This document shows positions 50,135 to 62,380 of a stretch of 64,000 nt of DNA, one piece after another. Position 1 is the stretch's first letter. Each line of letters begins with the position of its first letter. Below the pieces are notes generated by a model, which was not told the DNA's origin, made no database searches, and saw only the letters and a list, made by a program, of their open reading frames with translations. This DNA comes from Massalongia carnosa (lineage: Eukaryota): the NCBI GenBank assembly GCA_965645245.1, contig OZ287080.1, positions 186,001 through 250,000 of the forward strand, in the 5' to 3' direction. The translations under genes and the position numbers were made by a program.

Positions 50135-51070
50135 ATCGAGGCCTCGGTTATTAGTCCGAAATCACATACTTTTCCTTCAACAGGATCTTACTTCGGGAAT
50201 TGGCTTGAACCACGGTCTATTAATATTGACAGGTTCATTAGGCCATGGGACTTTATTCTTGCCTCCGATGGCTCGGTTGAGTCTCTTCCCGTTTCACAGA
50301 TTGAAGGAGAGAGTAGTGGAATGTATTCAGCTCATTATCGCATCCCGCCCACCAGTATTGACTCCCTGGAGGGGCAGGAACAAATTAACCGCCAGGAACG
50401 CTTCGCTTTCGCGACTCTACTCTACGAAATCGGTTCTGGCAAGCCGTTTGAATGGCTTAACGATGAGGAAGTGCAGCAGCGTTACAGCAATGGCGAGTTC
50501 CCAAACGATGTCAGAATCCTCCCACCTCATCTCTTCATTGCCATCTTGTCATTTTGGAGCCCCGAGTTTGCCGATATAAGTGCGTTACATCCTTTTATCA
50601 ATCTTCAGCAATTTCTAACAGCAGCAGTCAACCGTCCTCACTCTATTTTCCACCGAATCACTACAGGAGCCAGTTCTTATATCAAAGCACACCCATATCT
50701 CTTCGCTTTCCAACTCACCGGCGTTCTATTCTCGACCGCCGCTGCAGTTACTCTGCTAATTCTTGGCGCCGTGGGCTTTAGTGCGCTGGGTCTAGTCGCT
50801 GGCAGCGCAGCAGTAGGATGGCAGGCTTCTCTCGGTCTCGTTGAAGCGGGAAGCCTTTTTGCGTAGTGCCAGAGCGCGGCTATGGGTGGAGCTGCCGTCA
50901 ACGCAATTATTGCTACAGGTGCAGCGGGTGGAGGAGTTACCGCGCTCGCGACAGCGGCGGCAGCAGGACAGAGTAGGACCTTAGATGTAGACGGGCTTAT
51001 GAAATTGTTTAGGAAGGTCTATAGGACGGGAAATCTTAGAGACGTCCGAGGGCACAGCTCGACAGAATAG
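50135..51070 (+). pseudogene. Kinase-like (probable pseudokinase) domain fused to an IFI6/IFI27-like Gly/Ala-rich membrane domain
   Basis: One frame: FIRPWDFILASDGSV...ERFAFATLLYEIGSGKPFEWLNDEEVQQRYSNGEFPNDV then LGAVGFSALGLVAGSAAVGWQASLGLVEAGSLFA*CQSAAMGGAA; TAG at 50864 where Trp is expected; likely in-frame intron from 50580. Confidence 0.7.
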
Positions 51071-52668
51071 ATAAAGAAATGATAACTGCGAGCTTTGTGA
51101 AGAGGCTCTTTGAGTTTGATGGTGAAGTATGAGGGGAAATACGTGGGAGCAGGTGGCAGTCTTGAGGCGTAGTTTCATTCGCTCGCCCTCCGTTGTCTGC
51201 TTAAGATTTGGATTGAATGTCTACGAAGGATGTTGAATCACTCCGGGCGAGTGAAGCGGTGAACTACAGTCATGGAACACAAATCCATTAGTCGTGGAGA
51301 TAATGTTGTTTCTTGGGTCGAGATAATCGCTCGTACTTTGCGCCTTGTGCTACAGCGAGGTCGCCCCTCATGTACACAAGCCTGGCTGTCAACGAGGCGG
51401 CGAATCACGCTTCAAACAGCAACTTTTGGATGCATCGTGTTCTTGTGAGCGCATTGTTGAAGTGAATTGTTGATCACTATAGTGCATGTACGAATATTTG
51501 AAAGGAATAGTTTTGATTGATTCTATCGTGGGTGCTTTTTGAGCACCCACCACACTTGTCCGTTAGGCTAATGTTTAGCGTAACATCAACATTAAACGCC
51601 CCTGAACGACGCCTCACTTACCGAACGCGGAATATTATCGTCGCCTCGTTGTGATCAAACTTGTGGGCTTAATGCACTGCAGATGCTTCTATCACAGTGG
51701 TCGGACTCTTCCTCGACAGCACCTAAGTCGTTGTGGAATCGCTCCCTGTATATGGCTTATGCACGTTTGTGGCTCAATCTGGCGTTAAGTTCAACTTTCG
51801 CTTGCTCTTCGTGTAATAATATTTGTTATCAAGCCAGTGCTCGGAAATCCTGCTTTGCCGTGCCCATATGAAGACATTATCGGTGGCCCAGTTGGTCTTT
51901 GCAGTTCGCAGACAAATGGCGCAACCATGGTTTCGGCCTTCCCCTTGTCCACCCCTCTTTGATTGAGCCAGAAACCGCCTTGGTGTGGCAAACAATGATG
52001 TGTCCACATATGATTGATCCAACTATCGTCTCATCCAATCTACCTCATCTCAGCTGTTCCAACCTTCCAAAATCGGATATCGGATTTGAAGACCTGAGAA
52101 CGACCAGGCAGCGAGAGACTTGGAGGACTGTACGAATCATTAGACGTTGAGGCGACTACTAGGTTGGTGCACATTTCCTTTCTCGCAGACTAAGGTCCTA
52201 TGACTTTTCCGGTATGTGTACCCAGCTGTATAGTCTATGTCATACCTCACAACACATCAAGCGTGTAGGCTCGTCTGCGACTGACTCTTAAGAACGGCTA
52301 TGCGATATTCAAGATAATAAGCAATTGCCTTTCGGTTCAAGCCGCGGGCGCTTTGTGAACATGATTGGGCTCTCGATCCCTTCCGAAGCAAGCTTTGGCT
52401 TGCCTTGGTGTCACCTTCTAAATAGTAAGATCATAATGTCGCTGCCTGACGGAATTTCGCCTTTGTTGCACAGACTTCCCTAACACAGCCATTAAACATC
52501 CCTCAGAGACTTTTCGAGTGGCTCTCTAAGTCTTGTCGTTCTAATAGGTCTTTTATTCAGCTAAGAAAACATGCACTATCTTAAGAACCCAGTCCGCATT
52601 CCACTGACTACTTCATCATCTTTCGACTATCTAGACAAGATTCGCTCCGAGTACAAATAATTAAAGCT

Positions 52669-53922
52669 ATGCAAATAGCACTGATTGTGTTGACACTACT
52701 ATCTCCAGCTGCACAGCTTAATATTTGGTAGTCAGTTGCATTCTCAATTTGTGTGGCATCATGCTCGCGTATTCCTCAATCTTCAGGTTTCAGGAAGCTG
52801 GCCAGTTTGGGCATACTCTGGCAACATTATGCTTCTAAACCCCATTTTGCAAGCAAAGAACTGCGGGATAGGCTATTTCGTAACGCTTAGCATTATCAAA
52901 CAGCATACTCTTTATACGACTGTCATCCAGCTAGCATCGCCAACGAGTTGCGCAGCAGCCACAACAACCAAACAACAGGTTAATGTAATTACGACTCAAA
53001 CTCCAACGTCTGTCACCAGCCAGACTTCATTCTCTAGTAATAGCGGTAACACCTCGGCTACAACGATTGGAATTATTGTAGGATGTATCATTTTTGGAGT
53101 ACTATTGCTGCTTGCCCTTTGCTGGTCCAGAAGGCTGGAGGAAAAGCGATCCTACCGTCTACCACGACTGATAGCGGGACCGGAAGGACCACAAGGACAA
53201 CAGGGAGAACCAGGTATCCGGGGACAACCAGGTCCGCAAGGGGCCCGAGGCCATCCTGGACCACCAGGGGCAGCTGGACCCGCTGGACCAGCGGGGATGC
53301 CAGGAGCTCGTGGTAATCCTGGAACACCCGGCCCGCCAGGAGATCAAGGATATCGAGGACCGCTCGGGCCGCCTGGGCATCCAGGATCGGCTGGAGCAAC
53401 AGGACCCCCAGGACCACCAGGACCATCAGGATCACACGGACAACACGGATCACCAGGAAGACCTGGACCACCAGGATCACACGGATCACACGGACTACCA
53501 GGACCATCAGGACCACCAGGATCACCGGGACCACCAGGACCACACGGACCATACGCACCACCAGGACCACCAGGACCACCAGGTCCACCAGGGCCACCAG
53601 GACCACACGGACCATACGGACCACCAGGACCACCAGGACCACCAGGATCACACGGACTACAAGGACCGCGTGGGACTCCTAGAGCAGATGAGTCGCGAGG
53701 AACGCGTGGTCCACATGGTTTACAAGGCGTGCAAGGCGTGCAAGGAATACAAGGAGTGCAAGGAGTGCAAGGCGTGCAAGGCGTGCAAGGCGTGCAAGGC
53801 GTGCAAGGCGTGCAAGGCGTGCAAAGCATGCAAGGCGTGCAAGGCGTGTAGGGGCTATAGGAAGCCCAGGGCTTGCGAGGATGTCGAGAATTTCCCTTTA
53901 CCGCTTTTCTTAGTGAATAGAG
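52669..53922 (+). pseudogene. Single-pass membrane protein with C-terminal collagen-like Gly-X-Y tail
   Basis: Signal-like [17 protein letters not shown] at 52669, one base out of frame with ORF 52736-53851; Ser/Thr-rich stretch; [22 protein letters not shown]; roughly 70 Gly-X-Y triplets; the pattern continues past two TAG codons. Confidence 0.7.
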
Positions 53923-54640
53923 CTATACCTTATATTTCGATTTAATGATATCAGGCTCGTCTTACTGCTCGATGCATCAGCTTAGATTAGCCGTACCTAT
54001 CATCGAGAGTGTAACTAATGAAAATGGTTTGTCATATAGAGCAGCGAATTTAAACGTCTCGACTTTTTCTGCATACCTATTGAGCCTTGCGATCGCTATC
54101 GAAAAATATTCCCCATCCATCATCATCGGACACAACTGATGAAGGACGAGCGAGGACGACAGGTCAGTCTAATCCTTGAGCAAAAATTGCCATGTCAAGG
54201 AGCTTCAATGGAGCAAGGGTTAGTAGGCTCGGGATCGACTCAGGATAAGGAATTCATCGTGAAGTTGATTTCTAATCGAGAGAAATATTTTTCGCTCTTA
54301 GGAAGGGATTCTCAGAGCTATCTTAATCTCACATAATCGTTTCATTAGTCTACATTTCTTTCGTAGGTCTTTCTGATCTTCATCAATGAGTCACGCAACA
54401 GATATGCATAGACAATTTGTCAAAGTCTTCTCGATCGCGTCAATCTCTTCTTGAAATAGTGAGGACGCTATCTTGTTTAAATAAAGAAGACTAGTTAGTA
54501 CACATGAAGTCTTCTAGTTATGTTGATGATACTCAATTGAGACTAATGTGATGCCGGCAAACGACAATGGGTTTTCAGCGCGGCAACTTAGTACATACTA
54601 TTCAGCAAGCGCTTCTTATCCTTACTGAACTGATGGTTTC

Positions 54641-54852
54641 TGATGAATAATTGATTCACGTGTAGTGTAACAGCGTGATTGTCATTGAAGGTAATTTTTT
54701 ATATGAACTATTTGTCTGTTTATATAGCAGTCATTAAAGCAGTCATACTGTAGGCCTCCCATAACTGTTTTAAGTCCTATATAGGTGCCTGGCAGGCACC
54801 TCCCGCGACTAATGATGAATGCCTATATTGATAATAGCCTCATCATCTAATA
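54641..54852. mobile_element. Degenerate solo LTR related to 62949-63272
   Basis: Shared TGATTGTCATTGAAGGTAATT, TTTATATAGCAGTCA, TGCCTGGCAGGCACC, ATGCCTATATT; ends approximate. Confidence 0.7.
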
Positions 54853-55267
54853 TCCTCTGTCCTTGAAACCTGAACGACATTTCTTTCCCTTAGTACCAGT
54901 ATCCCAAATGACGTCTATGACGAATCTTCAAGAGGTGAACTTCGTTGCTTGTAAGTCTTTATACTGATCCTGCAGAGAGCATATAGCTGTAAGGCTTAAG
55001 GGAAAAGCTTGAAACTCTCTGGATAAGCCTAAACTCCTGGTATTGAAGGGGAACATGGCAACCATTGCTATTCGTGATTTTAATCGCGTTTGAGAAATTG
55101 CTCGCCTAATAATGGCCGATTGCAAAAGGGCTAGTAGGTCCAGCGCAAGCACGCCGGTACAGAAAATAGACGGGGGCTGGCGAGAGACCCTGTAGGCTGT
55201 CAGATATCAAATCCCTTATTAGACGTGAATACTTTACTTACCTTATCAGTCAAGCTGTCTCGGTCAA

Positions 55268-55729
55268 CTATTGACTGCAATGACCATGCTTGCATCCCTC
55301 ACATAAATTACTCTGATGAGGGCTTTTACTGTGACCTGAATTAATCGGCCTATCCATCTCTATTCCACACCACTTCTTGAGTCGGTATGCCACTCTTTGC
55401 GCATATGAATCATCTAAACGCGGTTTACTGAGGCTATTACACCCCTGACAGCGTTGATTGTATACCCTTGCATTGTATTCTGCTCTAGGATACATCCGGA
55501 TGGTGATAGCGATTCTCTTGCTCGACCATCCGCTAGAACCACATGCGCGGTTGCGGCATACGAATCGCCCCATAATATTAGTATCGTACTCTTTGATGCA
55601 ACTTTCGGTGTCATCAGTTTCATGAAAGCTGAAGTATAAATTATCTTCCTCTAGTAAGCGTGAAACATCGTCGTGCAAAGCCGAGTACAATGACCAACTT
55701 TGATCCGATTTTGATTTTCTAGACGGCAT
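55268..55729 (-). CDS. zf-3CxxC (RTP-like) zinc-binding domain protein, 153 aa, intact
   Basis: GRFVCRNRAC...WSS, ARVYNQRCQGC, PHQSNLCEGCKHGHC. Confidence 0.9.
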   Translation of the reverse strand: MPSRKSKSDQSWSLYSALHDDVSRLLEEDNLYFSFHETDDTESCIKEYDTNIMGRFVCRNRACGSSGWSSKRIAITIRMYPRAEYNARVYNQRCQGCNSLSKPRLDDSYAQRVAYRLKKWCGIEMDRPINSGHSKSPHQSNLCEGCKHGHCSQ

Positions 55730-56477
55730 GACGGATGTGGTAAAATGATGGTTTGAAAATTGCTCAAGATGCTATGAGAGAGATCGAGGTGGTATCAAGC
55801 AGAGGCGAGCTCTCGAGGGGTTATTAAAATAAAGAGCCAGGCGGTGCGTAGACTGGATCTTATTTCCGTTAGTTCAATGGTTATTCTAAAACAAGAAGAG
55901 AAAATCGAAATGCAAAGATAGCTTCGTTATGAACATTCTGATGTCAGAACCACCCCAGGACACCAAACCACGAGGGGAACGTAAGTATCACAAAGATCGA
56001 AGATCTGCTCGATATACTATTCGTCTCATTCTTCCGAGGTATCAGCCCAACGATAAGATAGTGTAATTATCTTACGGAGTTCTTCTACCAATTAACTACT
56101 AACACGTATCATAAATGCAGAGGCCTAGCTCCGGTGAACTCCTGGCTAAACCACCCATCTAAGATCAACGCAAGGAACAGGAGTCTTGATTCTTCAAAGG
56201 ATTGGGGCTACCGCGGTGCGTCAGTTGATTTCTGATGCGCTAAACTGCAGCTTTCATTATTGTCTGGTGGTTTCTGTACGAATAAATAGCTCTAATCATT
56301 GGCGGATAAGCAAATACTTATTGAGATGGGGAAGAGGTCTTCATTATTCCAAAGACCTGGGTCCTCATCAATCAACATTACCCTAAAGCCATCAACTTCC
56401 TCTGGATCTATTATTATGCTGATATTGTTATTGTTCTCTGAAACATTTCTATGCAATATTCTCCCCGCTTTTTACAG

Positions 56478-59400
56478 CGGCAAATTACTGAGATGACCCC
56501 CAAATAACCCCCCCATCTTGCCTGGGGGTTATTTGGGGTCAATTACCGTAATATACACGTAATTTTGCTTCTGGCGCAGTCACGATGACCCCCAAACTGT
56601 AATTAATTGAAGGGGGTCATTTGGGGGTCATTTGGAATATTGCGACCGCACGATTAAATGACAAGCACGAGGAAAAGCGACTAGATACCTATACAAAAAT
56701 ATACAGAAAACATCACAATACAATATCATGATCTAATTTTCCATCCCCAGACTATCATGTTTCGATATGTCATTCCTTCACCAAAAAAATCGCCTCCGAA
56801 GAGTGGCACATGAAACACCGGCAGATGCTCTGTCACTTCATGACAGAAAACACGATTGCTTATCCTTTCTCTCTATAAGGATAATCTCTAGACCCATCTA
56901 TTGACTTGGCTTTGTCCCTCGCCTTTGTCGTTTTCCAGGAGGTGACTTGTTTATTAAGTCAGTCAATGACACTTCTCTAGAGCTTTCTAAAGCTGCCTTC
57001 GCTAAGTTGGCATGCTTTGTGTGTAAAGCTTCTTGCGCTCTCACAGTAGGTTTCAATATCCGTCCAGATCTAGATTTACCAGGTGAGATCAGTGCCCGGT
57101 CACGTTCTTTACCTTTCTCTAGCATGCTCCAAATTTGCTCCTCCGCTAGTATAGTATCAGCTTCCTGTCGCTCATTATCCGCTGATGTATTCCCGACTTC
57201 TTGTCGCTCTTCTGCTAATGTATTCTCGACTTCCTCTCTCTCTTCCGATAATGCATCTTCTTTCTCGTACAGAAAGTCATCAGAATCATAGCCCACTGGT
57301 GTTCTCTCCCCTTCCGAAAGTGGTGTCGGCTCTCCTAATGGAATGCGTAGAGGAAGAGGACATCGTCTTTGAGGATACGTCCATAATGGGCGGGTGAACA
57401 ACTTTCTAAGAACTGAAGTATGCGACGATGGAGCTGGAGCTATATGCTCGAAATGAGGAACGATAATTTGATACTGTCGCTCTGTCAGATATCTTCGACC
57501 CTGCTCTCAGTGATTAGCCATGAATTAATCTTAAGGTGAGTACGTACCTGTTTAGCATAAAGTATTCGTTTTTTGCGAGCTTCTTCTTCGGCCGCCTCTG
57601 GAAAGCGACGTTTGTAAGTTCTATGTCCCTGTAGTGTTCCAGCAAACGTCTGATTCATATCAAACCTTTGAAATTGTTGTAACTGTGCCTCGTCCATGTC
57701 TAACCATCCAATAGCCCAACGAGCATAGTTCTTCTGCTCTTCCTTAGTCTCTTCCGATGAGTCTGTTACAATTGACGACGATTGAGATCGAGATGAGGAA
57801 ATCATTTCACTCTCAAGGGTAATATTTTTGTCGCGATGAGATGTAAAACTCTTGTCGCTCTCGGTCGCAATATCTTCATCGTTTTGAGCCGAGAATCTGC
57901 GAGACCTAAAAACAAAAGAACGATCACTGAATCCATTCCAGTCACTTATGTCAGTATGAACACTCATATTGTCGCTCTCGCCGTCATGATTGCTGTCGCT
58001 ATTATTGTCATTCTCTTTGTCAACTTCATCTTCGTTGTGACTAGATTGAGAGACAGAAGCAGTTTTGGATCTACTACTTGCAGTACTAGCAGAAACGTCA
58101 CTCGCGGAAGGTCCCGAGTGATCACATGTACGCCTGTTATGCTTGAAACTCTTGCAGATTGAGCATCTCATCCTCTGCTTTGATAAATCAAATCGTTTTC
58201 TTCTCTCACGTCTGATTTTTGGGCGACCAGCCTGGACTACAAATTCTGGTGGTTTCACATCGGCCGCTGCGAGAACATTGAGATCAATAGGATGTAAAAA
58301 TGACTGGTATGTTGCCTTGTACTCAGCGATTGTAAAGATGGGACTGACAAAATCCTCTGGTTCTCTTTCTTGCTTCATACATAACGCAACGGCATGATCA
58401 CATGGCATCTCATAATCCTGAAAATCATGACAAGTACATGTCTTGGCTTCCAGATCCACGATGTGATGACTTCCAGTACCAGTAGTGACGATACCGCAGA
58501 AAGGACGAGAATTTTGAACAGTATACTCGGCCGATTGTTTCCGTCCATCTTGAATCCATCTCCAGGCATAATCAGTGACTCTATCTGTCTTGTGTTCAAG
58601 CTTGTGCCATTCATAAAGTTTGTCCATGCATTGGTTCCAAATCTGATGGAGACAAAGCAATGCGGGCATGTGACGTGCCTCCAGCCAAATATTATTTTGC
58701 GACTCTTAAGCATTAGAACATAATTGACCATATCGAGGACGAGGAAAAGCATATACAGCCCACTGCTCTGGAGGTATGTCTTCAATATAGCCTGAGCAAT
58801 TAGGTCTCGTCGCTCTAATTCTGTTGAGTATAGTGTTGAATTTTGCCTGTGTTTTAGCTTTGGCCGCATCCCAGAAAAGATTCCGATATGTCTTCTTCCA
58901 TTTTTTATCGACATTGTCTCCGAGATGTTTGCAACAATGAGCACTTAAAACGACAGGAAAATGATCAGATACTGCATGTTTGATACCTTTGTTGCGATCA
59001 CTAATAATCACCGCTTGTCGTCCCGAGCGAAATCGAATATATAATGCCATTGCCCGTAAAAAATAGATCCAGTTATCTTTGTTCTCGATTGGGACCAATG
59101 CCCACGCCAGTTCCAATACCTGGTTATTACCGTCTTGAGTAACAAGAGACAAGATCACAAGCCCGTCCGATGTCTTGCAAGCGGTACCATCACACTGAAG
59201 CACCGAACGACAATGACGAAAAGCACGCTCAGTCGCCTTTGGCAGTACCCAAAATCGTTTGAAACAACCGTTCTCATCTAGCTCCAGATTTGTCCATGCT
59301 GTTCGTGTATTGTTTTGTTCTTCGCATGCTGACAAGAATGCAGGTATATATTGAAAGCTTTGCTTAATATTGCCAAACCGCTTAATCTTGGGAAACTCTT

Positions 59401-60401
59401 TTGTGCGCCACATCGCCATATAGTTAGTGTTGTTTCCTCGACTGGAAGTCTCGACGGTCATTAAATGCCTCGATTTAACCCGATGATCAGATTGCACAAG
59501 CGCTTGATTTGTCTTGTTGGTGGCTAAATACTGAACAGCATTGCTACCTGAATGGCCGGAGTGGTTCGATATGGCACAGGTATGAGGGATCATTTTAGTG
59601 AGTTTCCCTGATCTAATGTCAGTCTTTCTTTGTCTTAGCTCTTATAAATTTAAGTATTACATCTCCCAGTTTTGTTGGACAAGCTGGCTCTGATTCGAAA
59701 GTCACAATGATCGCACTTAACTAGATATCTATTCTTCTCGGCCTTCTCAAAACGCCATGACTCGCCCTTGCTTGCAAACCAATTAGTGATCGCCTGTCTT
59801 GTCTCATATTTATCGTCCCACTCTTGACCGACATAAAGCGACATTATTGATGATTCGGCCATAGTGAGATTGAACGAGACATAAGTATGCAGAAATGATG
59901 GACGAAGGTATGCACAAATAAGTCCCGAGTTAATGCTAGATAGCCCGAGTGCCATGTAGTCCAAATGCCTTGTTTAAGCATTCTATGGAGTTTCATTGGC
60001 CTATAGCACTTAAAGCAGAAAGTTGCAGAAAGTTACATTGAGCTGTAATTGGTAGGTTCAGTCACTTCACGTATGATTGACCCCCCGATATCGCACGATC
60101 ATCGGGCTACAGATATCTAGTCGCTCGTTTTTATCGCCGTAATCATGTCTTCTTTCTTAGAGTAGCAAAGCTTTCATCGGGTAGCCGATGCTCAATGACT
60201 TTTCCTCGTGCGTGCCATTTAACTGTGCGGTCGCAATATTCCAAATGACCCCCAAATGACCCCCTTCAATTAATTACAGTTCTTGGGGGTCATCGTGACT
60301 GCGCCAGAAGCAAAATTACGTGTATATTACGGTAATTGACCCCCAAATAACCCCCAGGCAAGATGGGGGGGTTATTTGGGGGTCATCTCAGTAATTTGCC
60401 G
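56478..60401 (-). mobile_element. MULE with about 200-bp TIRs
   Basis: CGGCAAATTACTGAGATGACCCCC... mirrored at 60200-60401; no TSD found. Confidence 0.92.
57485..59862 (-). pseudogene. MuDR/MULE transposase with SWIM and CCHC fingers, frameshifted
   Basis: LYVGQEW...CDFRIRAS, LQCDGT, VIISDRNKGI, HCCKHL, CTCHDFQDYEMPCDHA, CSICKSFKHNRRTC. Confidence 0.88.
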
Positions 60402-60668
60402 AACTTCTTGCCCCCCCTTGGAGGCATGTACACAACATCCAGACCCACCTTGGCCCAGCAAAGACTTATCCAGGTGGGAGGCTGTAAAACTCAGAGGTTT
60501 TCTATTTTCCATACCATTTAGCTGCCGCAGCCAATTAGTAAGCTGGCACATGACCAAATCTCGTAAATATTAATGTCGCGTCTTCCAACCGTAATTCTCA
60601 TCCCCTGGTTACCCCTTATTATCACTTTTCTCATACCTCGCTGCTCTCATTTATTGAGGCTATTCAAG

Positions 60669-62380
60669 ATGTCTTCGTACTTGGATACCACCAAGCCCGA
60701 AAGCGACGTCGACAGTCAGCTAGATAGTCAGCTGGATAGTCAGCTCACCGTCGCCAGAGGATCTTCTCGCTCCGCTTCGACCCCTATTTCCACTGTCTTG
60801 GCTCTACCTTCTCATCTGGTCTCGATGCGTCAGCTTGTCTTTGCATTAGATGCACCAATAACTTGGACTGCGGATAATTATGCTTCATACTGGCCGTTTA
60901 TGGACAACATCTGGGTGCATAATCACACGGAGCCTATTACCAAGAAGAGAACTCAAAAATCATATTGGTTTTGCAGACTTTGGAAGCAAGATGCTGACAT
61001 TAAAAGTCAAGGTTCAGGACGACGTGCTAAACGAATGCGGTTAACTGATGCTTGCTCTATAAAGCTGGCTATGATCAAACAATTTGATGAGATCAATGAA
61101 TTGTTGACGGTGACTTTGAGTCGCCACGTCAACAAGAAGCTTGACGACTCAGTTAATCAGCTGCAACATAATCACATTTTGGAGGTTGTGGACAATATCA
61201 AAATCAACTCCGCCATCAGACTGACGGCTGGTAAAGAGGTGGCAAAAGGATATACCCCGGGAGACGTCAATCGAAACATGCAGGACGTTAGATGGGAAGG
61301 GAATCTTGAAGCTTTGAAACAGGCCGGGGGGTCGAATTTCAACTTTCAAACCGTATACAATGCTGGAAGAAGCTTTAAAAAGCAGAATCCTGATGCACGA
61401 ATTCAGGGAGCTAGGGAGTCATGGATTAATCAATTGAATAGCTGTTTTGATGCATTGCAGGCATTGGGTGAAGATGTTCTAGCTGCAAAGCTTGAAATAA
61501 CTCGTCTCATTGATAGAGAAAGATCACATGCAATAGCATTTGCAAAAAGATCTCGGTTATCAGTATTGATGAAACGTGGACATCTGACATTGATGGACAG
61601 TACTCATAACACCAATCAGCTAAAATGGAAGTTATTTACATTGATGATTCGTGACGAATGTGGAAGCTGGATTCCCGGAGCCCACATGCTGAGTAGTAAC
61701 GAGGACGGTGACATTATAGGAGAGTTTCTTCGTCAGATTAAGCGATGGTCTAGAGCTTGGAGACTTCGATACATTATCACCGACGATTCTGCAGCTGAAC
61801 AGCGAGGGGTCAGTCTTGCATTTCGAGGGTTGATCGACGGGGAGATGGAGGTTACTCATCTACTTTGTCGGACTCACTCCGAGCGTACCCTGAATCGAAA
61901 ATTGGTCGGTCCCAATTGCAAAAATGCAAAAAAGCATTTGTATGATGCTCTATATTTCAGAAAAACGGAGCTCGGATGCGATGATAGTTTCAAAAAGGCA
62001 TTGGCAGCTGCCCCTGAAGAAAAACGTCAATATATAGATCGAGAATGGGTGCAGACTAAATCCAAATGGGCTAATTACGCACGTCAGCATTCATGAATTT
62101 TACTGCAGTGCATGACGACTAATGCGGTAGAATCCTGGCACGCATCTATTAAAAAGCATGCTGACGGTGAGACTATTTCTTGAGCTTCATTCGTCATACT
62201 AATTAGTACTGTAGGTAAAGCGCATTTCATGACTTTTTCTCTGATCGGGGCTGCAAGCCATGTGATTCGAATCGGAGATCAATGGGAAAATCGAGCCCGC
62301 AGCGAAGAGGCTAATTTTCGTACTACTATGACTCCCGAATGTCAGGAATGCCCATATCTTCGAAAATTTCCTATCCAGGT
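60669..62380 (+). pseudogene. MULE-type transposase, truncated
   Basis: LMDSTHNTNQLKWKLFTLMIRD, IITDDSAAEQ, LLCRTHSERT; after the TGA at 62094 reads TTNAVESWHASIK. Confidence 0.82.

Noticed and set aside
51600..52150. Cys-containing short ORFs (possible BAH or zinc-finger remnant)
   Set aside because: Too fragmentary to support a call
53088..53945. His/Asp- and Cys-rich (DHQ, CKA, PCT) and Val-rich ORFs as metallothionein-like or overlapping genes
   Set aside because: Alternative-frame shadows of GGA-CCA-CCA and GGC-GTG-CAA repeats, which lack stops; only the Gly-X-Y frame links to a TM segment
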